Source of the DNA: an uncultured Bacillota bacterium
GTDB taxonomy: Bacteria > Bacillota > Clostridia > Oscillospirales > Oscillospiraceae
Length of the DNA stretch: 64,000 nt
Direction of reading: 5' to 3'
Assembly (NCBI GenBank): GCA_947650875.1
Contig: CANSXE010000002.1
Coordinates: 1,232-65,231, forward strand
Shown here: positions 1 to 9,827 of the stretch, piece after piece
Layout of the letters: each line of letters opens with the position of its first letter
How positions within the stretch are numbered: position 1 is the first letter of the stretch
Program-made: the position numbers and the translations under genes
Notes under the pieces: generated by a model
Databases searched by the model: none
Told to the model about the DNA's origin: nothing
What the model saw: the letters and a program-made list of their open reading frames with translations, nothing else

Positions 1-364
1 CCGAAATTGCGCCGTTTATGGGGTCGGCCTCCTGGGAGCCCACGATCTTATAGGTGATCTCCTCGTCAAACTCCTTGTCCAGCACGGTGACGGTGGAGCC
101 CAGGCGAACATAGTCGCCCTCGGTCTCGTCCTCCTCGATGACCACATAGTTGGCCAGAATCTCCTCCAGCTCGCTCATGCGGGCGTAGAGCTTGCCCTGC
201 TCGTTTTTGGCCTCGTCGTACTCGCTGTTCTCCGACAGGTCACCGAAGGAGCGGGCTTCCTTAATGAGGTCGGCCACCTCCTTCTCCCGGACGGTTTTCA
301 GGTAGGTCATCTCATCCTGCAATTCCTTGAGCCGCTGCGGGCTCAGCTTGTATTCCTTTGACAT
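1..364 (-). CDS. greA: Transcription elongation factor GreA (3' end outside window)
   Basis: Manual translation MSKEYKLSPQRLKELQDEM...ARSFGDLSENSEYDEAKNEQ; GDLSENxEY motif. Confidence 0.95.
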   Translation of the reverse strand, partial: MSKEYKLSPQRLKELQDEMTYLKTVREKEVADLIKEARSFGDLSENSEYDEAKNEQGKLYARMSELEEILANYVVIEEDETEGDYVRLGSTVTVLDKEFDEEITYKIVGSQEADPINGAIS

Positions 365-486
365 AAAAGCCTGCACACCTTTCCAATAGAACTATGAGCC
401 AGCGTTCCCGCCCCAAAGGGCGGGAACAGGGTCAATTGGATATAATCATACATTCTGTGCTATTATATTGGTTTCCACCTGGTCTG

Positions 487-1170
487 TCAAGTGATTTTTA
501 TATCTTTGGGAGCCAGCTTTCCCCCCTCCCACAGGGCGGCCAGCAGGGGCAGGCGTTCCCGGTCCGTCTCCTTCAGCCCCGGCGCGGAAAGACGAAGCCC
601 GGCCAGCCGGGGCCGGGGCCCCCACAGCTCCAGAGGGTCCTCCTCCGGTATGGGACATCCCTCCTGAAAGGCCAGAGCCGCATGTCCCCGCTCCCCCTCC
701 GGCAGGATGGGCACGCCGAACTCCCGGCGCAGCCAGAGGGCCAGCTCCCCGCCGCCCCGGGGGGCGTCGATGACCAGCCCCCGCACCAGAGGACACAGCG
801 CCGCAGCGGTCCGGGCCATGTCCCGGTCTGCCCGCAGTCCTCTCAGCGCCACCGTGGACCGTCCGGGGACCAGCCCCTGCCGCTGGAGAGCGGCCAGGGC
901 CAGAGATACCGACTGGGCCCGGACAAAGCGCTCCGTCTCCACCGGCCGCAGGCCGCAGCCGGCCAGGGCAGACCAGCTGTCGAAGTCCGGCGGCGTCAAC
1001 ACCCGCAGTACACCCCCGCGGCGCAGTCCCCGGGCCGCCCGGCGCAGGCGGTGCGCGCCCCAGAAGCCCCCCGGGTCTGTCTCTGCCCGCAGAACGGGCA
1101 GACCGTAAAGCCGCCCGGAAGCCGCCTTCCCCCGTCCCCCGGGCGATATCACAAGCTGTCCGATCAACAA
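487..1170 (-). CDS. Hypothetical protein, possibly sporulation-linked
   Basis: 227-aa ORF, TTG start after GAGGAGAGGG RBS, directly downstream of spoIIR; no family recognised. Confidence 0.6.
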   Translation of the reverse strand: MLIGQLVISPGGRGKAASGRLYGLPVLRAETDPGGFWGAHRLRRAARGLRRGGVLRVLTPPDFDSWSALAGCGLRPVETERFVRAQSVSLALAALQRQGLVPGRSTVALRGLRADRDMARTAAALCPLVRGLVIDAPRGGGELALWLRREFGVPILPEGERGHAALAFQEGCPIPEEDPLELWGPRPRLAGLRLSAPGLKETDRERLPLLAALWEGGKLAPKDIKIT

Positions 1171-1218
1171 AGATCCCTCCCTCTCCTCACAGAGTATGCG
1201 GGAGGGGGAGGGATATAT

Positions 1219-1839
1219 TTATCCTTTAAAAAAGCCCTGTATTTCGCCCAAAAGCTCCATCGCCTTGAATTTGAGGACATAGCTCTCTCCGTCCCCTGTG
1301 ACCAGAGCGCCCTGGTCCGAGGTGAAGTGACCGGCTTCCAGGGCCTGGTCCACCGTCTCGCTGGCGGCCCCCAGGCACAGCGGGGGAAAGGCCACACACC
1401 ACCAGTTCTGTCCCTTGCCCTCCCCGATGGTCACCCGGAGGGCGGTGTAGTTCCCGGCGGGGAGGGCGAAGCCCTCATACTCCTTGGTGGGAAACCAGCA
1501 GTCCTCCAGCACGGCGGTCACGGGGTAGTCGTACCCCTGCTCCTCCACCACCGCCCGGCCGGCGGCGGACAGGGTATTCAGATGGCCCTCCAGAGCCGCC
1601 TGGGCCTGGGCCAGGGTGGCCCCCTTGGGGTAGAGCGACTCCGCCTCTTCCAGCACCCGGTCCCGCACCGCCAGCTTCAGCGCCTGGTCCTCCCGGCTGT
1701 CTGAGTTGGCAATGACATGGAAGCGGATCACGCTGTCCGCCAGCTCCTTCTGCTCCTGTCCCAGCCAGCTGCCCGCGGCCACCGCAATCAAAACGCCGAA
1801 CATCAGCGCGATTTCCCAATTTTTCAGCTTTCGGTCCAT
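1219..1839 (-). CDS. spoIIR: Stage II sporulation protein R
   Basis: IRFHVIANSDS..DQALKLAVRD and G.G.NWWCV.FPPLC motifs; ATG after GGGAGG. Confidence 0.93.
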   Translation of the reverse strand: MDRKLKNWEIALMFGVLIAVAAGSWLGQEQKELADSVIRFHVIANSDSREDQALKLAVRDRVLEEAESLYPKGATLAQAQAALEGHLNTLSAAGRAVVEEQGYDYPVTAVLEDCWFPTKEYEGFALPAGNYTALRVTIGEGKGQNWWCVAFPPLCLGAASETVDQALEAGHFTSDQGALVTGDGESYVLKFKAMELLGEIQGFFKG

Positions 1840-1884
1840 ATGTCCTCCCCGGGACGGAAAACCGTCCACACTGTAAGTTTCTTA

Positions 1885-1914
1885 CAGTATGGACAGCAAA
1901 ATCCCTTCTTATAC
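1885..1914 (-). promoter_or_regulatory. Sigma-F-type promoter of spoIIR
   Basis: GTATA-N15-GTCCATACTG on minus strand, close to the sigF consensus; spoIIR is a known sigF gene. Confidence 0.6.
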
Positions 1915-1999
1915 CGAATTTTTTCAACGGGTTTCCTGTAGGTTTTGTCTTCCGTATCAGATAAAAGCGGCGCACCGTTTGGCGCGCCGCTGGTTTATT

Positions 2000-3118
2000 C
2001 TATCTGGCAAGGAGGAACAGGTTGGCGTCGGTGGTAAAATTGGGAAGGCTGTACAGCACAACCACCGCGTCGATATTGTTTTCCTCCACATAGCCCTTGA
2101 TACTGCTCAGGTTGTAACGCAGGTCAAACAGGTGAATCTCTGAAAAGCGCTCCGTCAGGAAGGGGGCCAGCGAGTCGGAATAGGAGTCCCGGACGACCAG
2201 CACCTTGGGGGCGTCGGCATGCTCGGTCTCAATGACGCAAAGAGCCTGATTGCCCCCCAGGAAGTAGGAGTATTTGTCCTTCACATCCAGATAGCTGTCC
2301 ACATAGAGACTTCCCTCCTCGGGTGTGCCCTTAAACCAGGAGGTCACCTTGATCCCCTCGTCCGGGACATAGGTGTCGATGGAATCGGAAGGCAGCCAGC
2401 GCACCCCGGAGGAGGAGAAGAGTGTGCCGTTGAACTGGTCGGTGACGGTGGTTTTCCGGTAGTCGTTCAGGTCGATGGGCTCCAGTCCCATGGTCTCAAA
2501 GATGGCGTTGGCCCCATAGAAGGCCCCCAGGCTGGTCCAGTGGTGGTCGGTGCGGTAGTAGATGTCCTCTCCGCTGTGGGGGGCCAGCGCTCCATACAGG
2601 TCGATGGTGGAAGCCCCGGCGGAGAAGTAGAGCCGGTCGATAATAGCCTTCTCGTCGGCCGTGGGGGCCCCGTCGGGGAGACGGTCCTTCCAGATTTCCG
2701 CGGCGGAGGGGATGAGACCGAAGTACACCGGCACGGACATGTTGCCGATCAGGGCGTCCAGATAGCCCATATCCTGGTCCAGCTTGGACGGCTCGGGGTC
2801 CTTTACCCGATTGATAAGGGTGTCCTGCTTCCCGAAGTAGACCCCGTCATTCTCCTTCTTGCCGGACAGCCGCTCGCTCCAGGCCTTCATGGCCACCCAG
2901 AAGTCCCGGCCCACGATGTGGTCGGAGACATACTTCTCCGCGTCTGTCATAAACTTCCCGCTGCCCAGGTTCTCCGCGGACACCACCGGCGGCTTTTGCA
3001 GGTAGCGGTTTTCCAGCGGGGAGAAATTCTTGTCAGGCAGCAGCAGGCTGATGACGCACACGCCCCCGATGAAGGCGCAGAACAGAACGGACAGAAAAAT
3101 GTTGAACTTTTTTGACAT
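2000..3118 (-). CDS. DHHW-family (AlgJ/AlgX-like) O-acyltransferase component
   Basis: YYRTDHHWT motif, RDSY motif, N-terminal TM anchor; follows the MBOAT gene. Confidence 0.85.
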   Translation of the reverse strand: MSKKFNIFLSVLFCAFIGGVCVISLLLPDKNFSPLENRYLQKPPVVSAENLGSGKFMTDAEKYVSDHIVGRDFWVAMKAWSERLSGKKENDGVYFGKQDTLINRVKDPEPSKLDQDMGYLDALIGNMSVPVYFGLIPSAAEIWKDRLPDGAPTADEKAIIDRLYFSAGASTIDLYGALAPHSGEDIYYRTDHHWTSLGAFYGANAIFETMGLEPIDLNDYRKTTVTDQFNGTLFSSSGVRWLPSDSIDTYVPDEGIKVTSWFKGTPEEGSLYVDSYLDVKDKYSYFLGGNQALCVIETEHADAPKVLVVRDSYSDSLAPFLTERFSEIHLFDLRYNLSSIKGYVEENNIDAVVVLYSLPNFTTDANLFLLAR

Positions 3119-3130
3119 GCTCGCGCCTCC

Positions 3131-4534
3131 TTAAAAGTTAAAGTACAGGAAGGGGTTGTAGGTGCCGGCCACCAGGTAGGCGGTGCATACCAGCAGACCG
3201 GCGGCCACCAGTACGGTGCAGACGGCCTGTTGTGCTCTTGTGCCCATGCTGCGGTAAATTGCCCGGCCCAGGGGCGTGGATGCCACCGTGGCCACACACA
3301 GAACGGGCAGGAAGCTGGTCAGATAGTAGCCAAAGGTCCCGTCGGCCAGGGGGACGCTTCCCAGGCCGAACATGACCCGCAGGTAGCTGGCCAGATGGCC
3401 CAGGTCCTCAATGGCGAAGATGGCCCAGCTCACCATGACCAGAAACAGGGTGTAAACATGCCCCACAATGGCCGGGGCCTTCTCCAGCGGCTTGAGGAGG
3501 AGGAACTTCTCCACCATCAGCAGGACGAAGAAGTACAGCCCCCAGAACAGGAAGGTCCAGTTGGCCCCGTGCCAGATGCCGGTGGCGGCCCAGACAACCA
3601 GCAGGTTGAACACCTGCCGGCCCTTCCCCCGGCGGTTGCCCCCCAGGGGGATGTAAAGGTACTCCCGGAACCAGGTGCTGAGGGAGATGTGCCACCGCCG
3701 CCAGAACTCGGTGATGCTTTTGGAAATATAGGGGTAGTTGAAGTTGGGCAGGAACTCAAAGCCCAGCATCCGCCCCAGGCCCACGGCCATGTCGGAGTAG
3801 CCGGAGAAGTCGAAGTAAATCTGGAAGGTGAAGGCCAGCACCCCCAGCCAGGCCCCGGCCACCGTCAGCTCAGCGGGGGCCATGGCCTTGTAGCTGTCCC
3901 AGAGCATGCCCACGTTGTTGGCAATGAGCAGCTTTTTTCCGAGACCCACCATGAAGATCTGCACCCCGGAGGAAAATTTATCTGCGGAGTAGTCCCGCCG
4001 GTCGATCTGATCCCCCAGGTCCTTATACTTGATGATGGGACCGGCAATCAGTTGAGGGAACAGGGTGACAAAGGTGCCGAAGTTGAGGATGTTCCGCTGG
4101 GCCCGGGCGTCGCCGCGGTAGACGTCGATGGTGTAGCTCATGGTCTGGAAGGTGTAAAAGGAGATGCCGATGGGCAGATGCACCCCCAGCACCGGCATAA
4201 AGGTGAGCCCCACCGACTGGAGGGAGCCGGCGATGAAGTCCCAGTACTTGAAGAAGCACAGCAGGGCCAGGTTGAACACAATGGAGGAAGCCACTGCCAT
4301 TTTCGCGCCTTTGTCGTTCCCTCTGGCCTTGCACCGCTCCACCAGCAGGCCGTGGGTGTAGTCGATAGCGGTGGACAGGAACATAATCGCAACATAGGCC
4401 CGCTCCCCCCACCAGTAGAAAAACAGGGAGGAGGCCAGCAGCACCACATTGCGCCCCCTGCGGGGGACGATATAGTACAGGAACAGGGTGAAAACCAGGA
4501 AATAAAACATGAAAATGGGGGTGGAAAAGACCAT
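3131..4534 (-). CDS. MBOAT O-acyltransferase (AlgI/PatA/DltB-like)
   Basis: LPIGISFYTFQ, FPQLIAGPI, YFDFSGYSDMA, FWRRWHISL, GIWHGA motifs. Confidence 0.92.
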   Translation of the reverse strand: MVFSTPIFMFYFLVFTLFLYYIVPRRGRNVVLLASSLFFYWWGERAYVAIMFLSTAIDYTHGLLVERCKARGNDKGAKMAVASSIVFNLALLCFFKYWDFIAGSLQSVGLTFMPVLGVHLPIGISFYTFQTMSYTIDVYRGDARAQRNILNFGTFVTLFPQLIAGPIIKYKDLGDQIDRRDYSADKFSSGVQIFMVGLGKKLLIANNVGMLWDSYKAMAPAELTVAGAWLGVLAFTFQIYFDFSGYSDMAVGLGRMLGFEFLPNFNYPYISKSITEFWRRWHISLSTWFREYLYIPLGGNRRGKGRQVFNLLVVWAATGIWHGANWTFLFWGLYFFVLLMVEKFLLLKPLEKAPAIVGHVYTLFLVMVSWAIFAIEDLGHLASYLRVMFGLGSVPLADGTFGYYLTSFLPVLCVATVASTPLGRAIYRSMGTRAQQAVCTVLVAAGLLVCTAYLVAGTYNPFLYFNF

Positions 4535-4631
4535 AGCGGACACCTCAGCTTACAGGGACCGGCCCCTTTGCCGGCCCGTTTTTTCGGGAAAGAAAGGGCC
4601 GCCGAGGGCGGCGGCCCTTTTTCAGGATACC

Positions 4632-5654
4632 TTAAAACAGAGCATTAAATTCATTGACGATATCGTCGCACTTCTCGTGGACCACCATCATCACATAGTT
4701 GCCGTTGGAGACAATACGGGAGTTATTCTCCCACTGGTCCATAGCCATAGGGTACTGCGCGCCACCGGGGCCGTTGCCGTCACCCACCATGTAGTCGATC
4801 CGGGACTGGAAGGCGGCCTTGACCGCGTCTACATCCTTGCTGTCCTTCACCTGGACCAGACCGAACTCGCCGTTGTTCATGGAGATCATGCAGACATAGA
4901 CCAGCATTTGCTCGGCGCTGATGCCGGACAGGCCGGGGTAGACATTGTCCAGAATGGAACTGTCGGCCAGCTCCAGGAAGCCGAACTCATACTTGCCGGT
5001 GGTGGCGTCATAGAAGGCCTGGAGGTCCACGTTGGTGGCGGGGGTGCTGCTGGAGCTGCCGGAGCCGGAGGAAGAACCGCTGCCGCTGCCGTCCGGCTTG
5101 GGATCGGGCTTGGGGTCGGGCTTCTGCTCAGGCTTGGTCTCCTCTTTCCAGTCGCAGGTGACGGCGCAGGTGGCCTTGGCGCCGTCGTACTCCACGGTGA
5201 TGGTGGTCTTTCCGGGAGCGACCGCCTTGATCGTACCGTCCTTGGACACCGTGGCGATCTTCTTGTCGCTGGAGGTAAAGGTGGCGATGCCGTCGGTGTC
5301 GGGCTCGGCGGTGTAGCGCAGCTGGAAGGTAGCCCCGGCCTTGGTCAGCTTGACCTCCGTCTTATTCAGGGTGATGGTAACGGTGGGAAGGGGCTGAAGG
5401 TCTCCGTTGCTGCCCGAGCCGCTGGGGTTGGAGCCATCCGGCTGGGAGCTGTCGGGGGTGGATGCGTCGGGCTGAGAGCCGTCGGGGTTGGAGCCGTCGG
5501 GCTGGCTGGAGCTGCCGCCGGGGGCGATGGTGCTCACGTCGGAGCCGCTCCCCGGGTTGGAGGAGGAGCTGCCGCCCTTGTTTCCGCCGCCGCAGGCGGC
5601 CAGGGACAGGACCATAGCGGTGGCAAGCACCGCCGCAAAGATACGTCTTTTCAT
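4632..5654 (-). CDS. Lipoprotein with Ig-like (Big_2) domain and DUF4358-like C-terminus
   Basis: Lipobox LAAC, PDGSQ/PDGSN and PKPD low-complexity repeats, TFTSSDKKIATVSKDGTIKAVAPGKTTITV Ig-like segment. Confidence 0.75.
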   Translation of the reverse strand: MKRRIFAAVLATAMVLSLAACGGGNKGGSSSSNPGSGSDVSTIAPGGSSSQPDGSNPDGSQPDASTPDSSQPDGSNPSGSGSNGDLQPLPTVTITLNKTEVKLTKAGATFQLRYTAEPDTDGIATFTSSDKKIATVSKDGTIKAVAPGKTTITVEYDGAKATCAVTCDWKEETKPEQKPDPKPDPKPDGSGSGSSSGSGSSSSTPATNVDLQAFYDATTGKYEFGFLELADSSILDNVYPGLSGISAEQMLVYVCMISMNNGEFGLVQVKDSKDVDAVKAAFQSRIDYMVGDGNGPGGAQYPMAMDQWENNSRIVSNGNYVMMVVHEKCDDIVNEFNALF

Positions 5655-5715
5655 AGTAAGTAAACTCCTTTTCTGTTGGGGTTATAATTGACCCTTGTTT
5701 GGGTTCTGTGAGGTT

Positions 5716-5741
5716 TGACGAGCAAAAACGAAAAAGGTTCC
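5716..5741 (-). promoter_or_regulatory. ECF-sigma-type promoter
   Basis: GGAAC-N16-CGTCA on minus strand about 60 nt upstream of the lipoprotein start. Confidence 0.55.
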
Positions 5742-5770
5742 CAGGTTTGAAAAAATTTTTTCGCTGAGAT

Positions 5771-5799
5771 ATTATACTGTCTTTTTTCGCCCCTGGCAA
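5771..5799 (-). promoter_or_regulatory. Sigma-A promoter
   Basis: TTGCCA-N17-TATAAT on minus strand. Confidence 0.6.
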
Positions 5800-5866
5800 G
5801 TGTTTTGTGGCCGGGGGGGGTGTCCTACCGCGCATTTTATCACAGTCAGGGGAATTGGCACGATTT

Positions 5867-5914
5867 GTAGGGGCGCACAGTGTGCGCCCGCGGGCGGACA
5901 ATGTCCGCCCCTAC
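5867..5914. repeat. GTAG-type REP pair (REPIN-like)
   Basis: GTAGGGGCGCACAGTGTGCGCCCG followed by inverted CGGGCGGACAATGTCCGCCCCTAC; related copies at 12281 and 30920. Confidence 0.75.
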
Positions 5915-6048
5915 ATAAAATCTGCGAATAGGACACACCCGTGGCCGGGCTGTACGACAATGTGAAAGACGGGCAAAAAGGGATTGACTTTCCCCCGGGA
6001 AGGGCATAAAATAGCCGATACTGACTGCAATTTCGGGAGGTGGACGCC

Positions 6049-7188
6049 ATGTTCCACTATTTGGACAACGCCGCCACCACGCCGGTGCGGCCCGAGTCCG
6101 CCCAGGCGGCGCTGGAGACCATGACCGAGGGCTGGGGCAACCCCTCGTCTCAATACGCCCTGGGAAAACAGGCGGCGGACCGGATGAAGCTCTGGCGGGC
6201 CGATCTGGCCGGAGCCCTGGGCTGCGGGCCGGAGGAGGTCTATTTCACCTCCTGCGGCTCGGAGAGCGACAACTGGGCCATCTCCGGGGCGCTGGAGTGC
6301 AACCGCCGGGCGGGGAAGCACATCATCACCACCGCCATCGAGCACGCCGCCGTGCTGGAGCCCCTCAAAGCGCTGGAGCGTCAGGGCTACGAGGTGACCT
6401 ACCTCCAGCCCGACCGCCGGGGGAGCATCGACCCCGCCCAGGCGGCGGCCGCCCTCCGGCCGGACACGGCCCTGGTGTCCATGATGCTGGTGAACAACGA
6501 GCTGGGCGCCGTCCTGCCCGTAAAAGAGGTGGCCCAAGCCATCAAAAAGGCGGGCTGTCCCGCCCTGCTCCACTGCGACGCAGTCCAGGGCTTTTTAAAG
6601 GTGCCCTTTACCCCCCGAGAGCTGGGGGTGGACCTGCTGTCGGTCAGCGGCCACAAGATCCACGCCCCCAAGGGGGTGGGGGCGCTGTATGTGCGCAAGG
6701 GTGTGCGGCTGCCCCCCCTCATCCGGGGCGGGGGACAGGAGGGCGGCTACCGCTCGGGCACCGAGGCCACATCCCAGATTGCCGCCTTCGCCGCCGCCGC
6801 CCGGCTGGGAGCCGTCTCCTTTCAGAAGGACGCCGCCTGCATGGCGGAGCTGAAAGCCTATACCATGGACCGTCTGGCCCGGGAGATACCCGAAGCGGAG
6901 GTCCTGGTCCCCGACGGCGCGCCCCACATCCTGCCCATCTCCCTGCCCGGCTACAAGAGCGAGGTGGTGGTCCGCTTTCTGAGCGACCGGGGGGTGTACC
7001 TCTCCTCCGGCTCCGCCTGCCACCGGGGCAGGCCCAGCCACGTCTTCGCCGCCCTGAAGCTGCCCAAAGCCCTGCTGGACGGCGCTCTGCGGGTCAGCTT
7101 CTCCTATGATACGTCCCGGGAGGACGTGGACGCCCTCATGGACGGCCTGAAGGCCGTCAGGGAGGGGCTGTTTACAACCTTATCTTAA
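6049..7188 (+). CDS. Cysteine desulfurase (IscS/NifS family)
   Basis: YLDNAATT, HCDAVQ, SGHKIHAPKG, SSGSAC motifs; TTGACT-N17-TAAAAT promoter at 5984-6012. Confidence 0.92.
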   Translation: MFHYLDNAATTPVRPESAQAALETMTEGWGNPSSQYALGKQAADRMKLWRADLAGALGCGPEEVYFTSCGSESDNWAISGALECNRRAGKHIITTAIEHAAVLEPLKALERQGYEVTYLQPDRRGSIDPAQAAAALRPDTALVSMMLVNNELGAVLPVKEVAQAIKKAGCPALLHCDAVQGFLKVPFTPRELGVDLLSVSGHKIHAPKGVGALYVRKGVRLPPLIRGGGQEGGYRSGTEATSQIAAFAAAARLGAVSFQKDAACMAELKAYTMDRLAREIPEAEVLVPDGAPHILPISLPGYKSEVVVRFLSDRGVYLSSGSACHRGRPSHVFAALKLPKALLDGALRVSFSYDTSREDVDALMDGLKAVREGLFTTLS

Positions 7189-7209
7189 AAAAAGAAGGAG
7201 CATTTTCTC

Positions 7210-8586
7210 ATGTTCGCGTACATGAAGCAAAAACCGGGATTTTACAAGCAGGTGGTCCTGCTGGCCCTGCCCATCGTGCTGCAAAACCTCATCACCAGCG
7301 CCCTGGGCATGGCGGACACCTTTATGGTGGGTATGCTGGGGGAGGTCCCCATGGCGGCGGTAACGCTGGCCAACATCCCCCTGTTCGCCTTACAGATGTT
7401 CATTTTCGGCGTCCAGAGCGGCTCCTCCGTGCTGGTGAGCCAGTACTGGGGCAAGCAGGAGATGGAGTCCATCAACCGGGTGCTGGGGGTGGCCCTGTGG
7501 GTGGTGCTGGTGGTGTCCACCCTCTTTGCCGGGGTGCTGCTGGTGTGTCCGGTGGAATTCCTCAGCCTGTTCGGCAACGAGCCGGAAGTGATTGCCCTGG
7601 CTGCCCAGTACGGCTCCATCGTGGGCTTCTCCTATGTGTGCAACGCCTTCACCATGATGTATGTGGCCGCCTACCGCAGCATGGAGCGGCCCCAGCTGGG
7701 GCTGTACATCCTGGTGGCCTCCATGGCCACCAACACCTTCCTCAACTGGGTGCTCATCTTCGGCAAGCTGGGGGCTCCCGCCATGGGGGTGCGGGGAGCG
7801 GCGACGGCCACCCTCATCGCCCGGCTGCTGGAGGTCACCATTGTCATCCTCCACATGATGAAAAACCGGTTTTTCCGGGTCCATCTCCACCTGCTCCTCC
7901 GGCCCGGGCTGGACATGACCCGCCGTTTCCTCAAATACGGCGGCCTGGTGGTGTGCAACGAGACCATGTGGGGCATCGGCACTTCGGTTTTTCCCACCAT
8001 CATGGGCCACATGGCGGGCAGCACCGAGATTCTGGCCGCCTATACCATCGCCGGCAATGTGGAGAAGATCACCATGGTGGTTGCCTTCGGGCTGGCCTCC
8101 ACCGCCTCCATCATCATCGGCCGGGAGGTGGGCGCGGGACGGGCGGACAGGATTCTGGACGTGGGCAAGTCCCTGAACACCCTGGCGGTGATGAGCGGGC
8201 TGACGCTGGGCGCCCTGCTGATGCTCTTTGTCCGGCTTGCCGCCCCGGCCTGGGTGTATCCCCTGTTCAAGCTCTCCCCCGGGGCGGCCTCGGTGGCCAC
8301 GATGATGATGACCGTCATGGCCCTGTCCATGCCCTTGAAGGACTTTAACACGGTGAATATCGTGGGCGTCCTCCGGGGCGGGGGCGACGTGAAGGCGGCC
8401 ACCCTCATCGACATCAGCCCCCTGTGGGGGGTGGCCATCCCCTACGCCGCCCTGTGCGGTTTAGTGCTGAAAACCACCGTGCTGTGGGTCTATCTGGCCT
8501 TCCCCCTGGAGCAGGCCGTGAAATTTTTCATCGGTATCCACCGTCTGCGCTCCGGGCGCTGGGTCCGGGACCTGACGAGATCGTAA
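7210..8586 (+). CDS. MATE family efflux transporter
   Basis: LALPIVLQN..ADTFMVG, MGVRGAATAT, LRGGGD motifs; about 12 TM segments. Confidence 0.9.
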   Translation: MFAYMKQKPGFYKQVVLLALPIVLQNLITSALGMADTFMVGMLGEVPMAAVTLANIPLFALQMFIFGVQSGSSVLVSQYWGKQEMESINRVLGVALWVVLVVSTLFAGVLLVCPVEFLSLFGNEPEVIALAAQYGSIVGFSYVCNAFTMMYVAAYRSMERPQLGLYILVASMATNTFLNWVLIFGKLGAPAMGVRGAATATLIARLLEVTIVILHMMKNRFFRVHLHLLLRPGLDMTRRFLKYGGLVVCNETMWGIGTSVFPTIMGHMAGSTEILAAYTIAGNVEKITMVVAFGLASTASIIIGREVGAGRADRILDVGKSLNTLAVMSGLTLGALLMLFVRLAAPAWVYPLFKLSPGAASVATMMMTVMALSMPLKDFNTVNIVGVLRGGGDVKAATLIDISPLWGVAIPYAALCGLVLKTTVLWVYLAFPLEQAVKFFIGIHRLRSGRWVRDLTRS

Positions 8587-8602
8587 AGAAGGAGGGACCC
8601 CT

Positions 8603-9445
8603 GTGAAAATCACCGTTCTGATGGAAAACACCGCTCTGGAGGGCTGCGGCCTGACGCCGGAGCACGGCCTGTCCCTGTACATCCAGTACCGGGGGAAAAA
8701 GCTGCTGCTGGACGCCGGCTCCTCCGGGAAATTTGCCGACAACGCCCGGACCCTGGGGGTGGACCTGTCCGCAGTGGAGCTGGCGGCGCTGTCCCACGGT
8801 CACTATGACCACGGCGACGGCCTGCGCCGGTTCTTCCAGCTTAACGATCATGCCAAGGTATACGCCCGCCCCGGCGCGGACGGTCCCTACTTCTCTATGG
8901 GGAAGGACGGACCCTACTTTATCGGCGTCCACCGGGACATCTGGGCCCAGTCCCGGGACCGCTTTGTATCCGTGGAGGGCCTGTATCCCCTGATGGAGGG
9001 GGCCTGGCTGGTCCCGGATCGGGTCCAGACCCCGGACGGCTCCGGCCGGTCTGACGGCCTGCTCTATAAGCGGGGGGAAGACGATTTTGTCCAGGATGAC
9101 TTCCGGCATGAGCAGTCTTTGGTGCTGGAGGGGGAGAAGGGGCTGGTGGTCTTTAACTCGTGCAGCCACAGCGGGATCGTCCCCATCGTCCGGGAGGTGC
9201 TGGACCAATTGCCCGGGAAACAGGTGTACGCCGTGGTGGGCGGCTTCCATATGGCCGCAAAGGGACAGGGGGCGCTGAACTGTACCCCCGAGTATGTGTT
9301 CCAGGTGGCCGACGCCCTCAAGGAGCTGGGAGTGGAGGAGATTTACACCGGCCACTGTACCGGCCAGACCGCCCTGGAGCTTTTGAAGCAGCGCTTCGGC
9401 CCCGGCTGTCACGCTTTGGCTACCGGACAGGTTCTGAGCTTTTAA
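8603..9445 (+). CDS. MBL-fold metallo-hydrolase
   Basis: EHGLS, SHGHYDHGDG, CSHSG, GGFH, GHCTG motifs. Confidence 0.88.
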   Translation: MKITVLMENTALEGCGLTPEHGLSLYIQYRGKKLLLDAGSSGKFADNARTLGVDLSAVELAALSHGHYDHGDGLRRFFQLNDHAKVYARPGADGPYFSMGKDGPYFIGVHRDIWAQSRDRFVSVEGLYPLMEGAWLVPDRVQTPDGSGRSDGLLYKRGEDDFVQDDFRHEQSLVLEGEKGLVVFNSCSHSGIVPIVREVLDQLPGKQVYAVVGGFHMAAKGQGALNCTPEYVFQVADALKELGVEEIYTGHCTGQTALELLKQRFGPGCHALATGQVLSF

Positions 9446-9452
9446 AAAACAG

Positions 9453-9481
9453 TTGCAAAGGACCCAAATTTGCGGTATAAT
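9453..9481 (+). promoter_or_regulatory. Sigma-A promoter for small-ORF pair
   Basis: TTGCAA-N17-TATAAT. Confidence 0.7.
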
Positions 9482-9512
9482 AAACCTATAATTTATAATA
9501 GGAGGTAGCTGT

Positions 9513-9659
9513 ATGGGCCAGACTGACAAGCAATTCAACGGTTTTCTGCGAATGGTTATCAGGGATTTAAAAGAAGGTCTTGCGGAGGATGACCCGGCAA
9601 AGCTGCGTGAGAAAATTGAGGTCCTTTTGGTTGACCTGCAAACCACATTGGAAGACTAA
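9513..9659 (+). CDS. Small hypothetical protein (48 aa)
   Basis: AGGAGG RBS; MGQTDKQFNGFLRMVIRDLKEGLAEDDPAKLREKIEVLLVDLQTTLED. Confidence 0.7.
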   Translation: MGQTDKQFNGFLRMVIRDLKEGLAEDDPAKLREKIEVLLVDLQTTLED

Positions 9660-9673
9660 AGGAGGTCGAAAGT

Positions 9674-9826
9674 ATGGGCACCGAATCAGAACGGAGAGAG
9701 ACCCGAAAGGCTATGGCTTACGATCTTCATAAAATTATAGACCGGGAGCCCGCCAAAGAGAGCTATACCAAAGAGGAGATCAAAAAACTGATTGACGTAT
9801 ATGTTGAGACCGCAAACCAGACATAA
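9674..9826 (+). CDS. Small hypothetical protein (50 aa)
   Basis: AAGGAGG RBS; MGTESERRETRKAMAYDLHKIIDREPAKESYTKEEIKKLIDVYVETANQT. Confidence 0.7.
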   Translation: MGTESERRETRKAMAYDLHKIIDREPAKESYTKEEIKKLIDVYVETANQT

Positions 9827-9827
9827 A

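Noticed and set aside
394-1704. 436-aa plus-strand ORF
   Set aside because: Antisense to spoIIR and its downstream gene; low-complexity translation
5080-5520. Short direct repeats that might be a CRISPR array or VNTR
   Set aside because: They are coding PDGSx and PKPD linker repeats; no spacer structure and no cas genes
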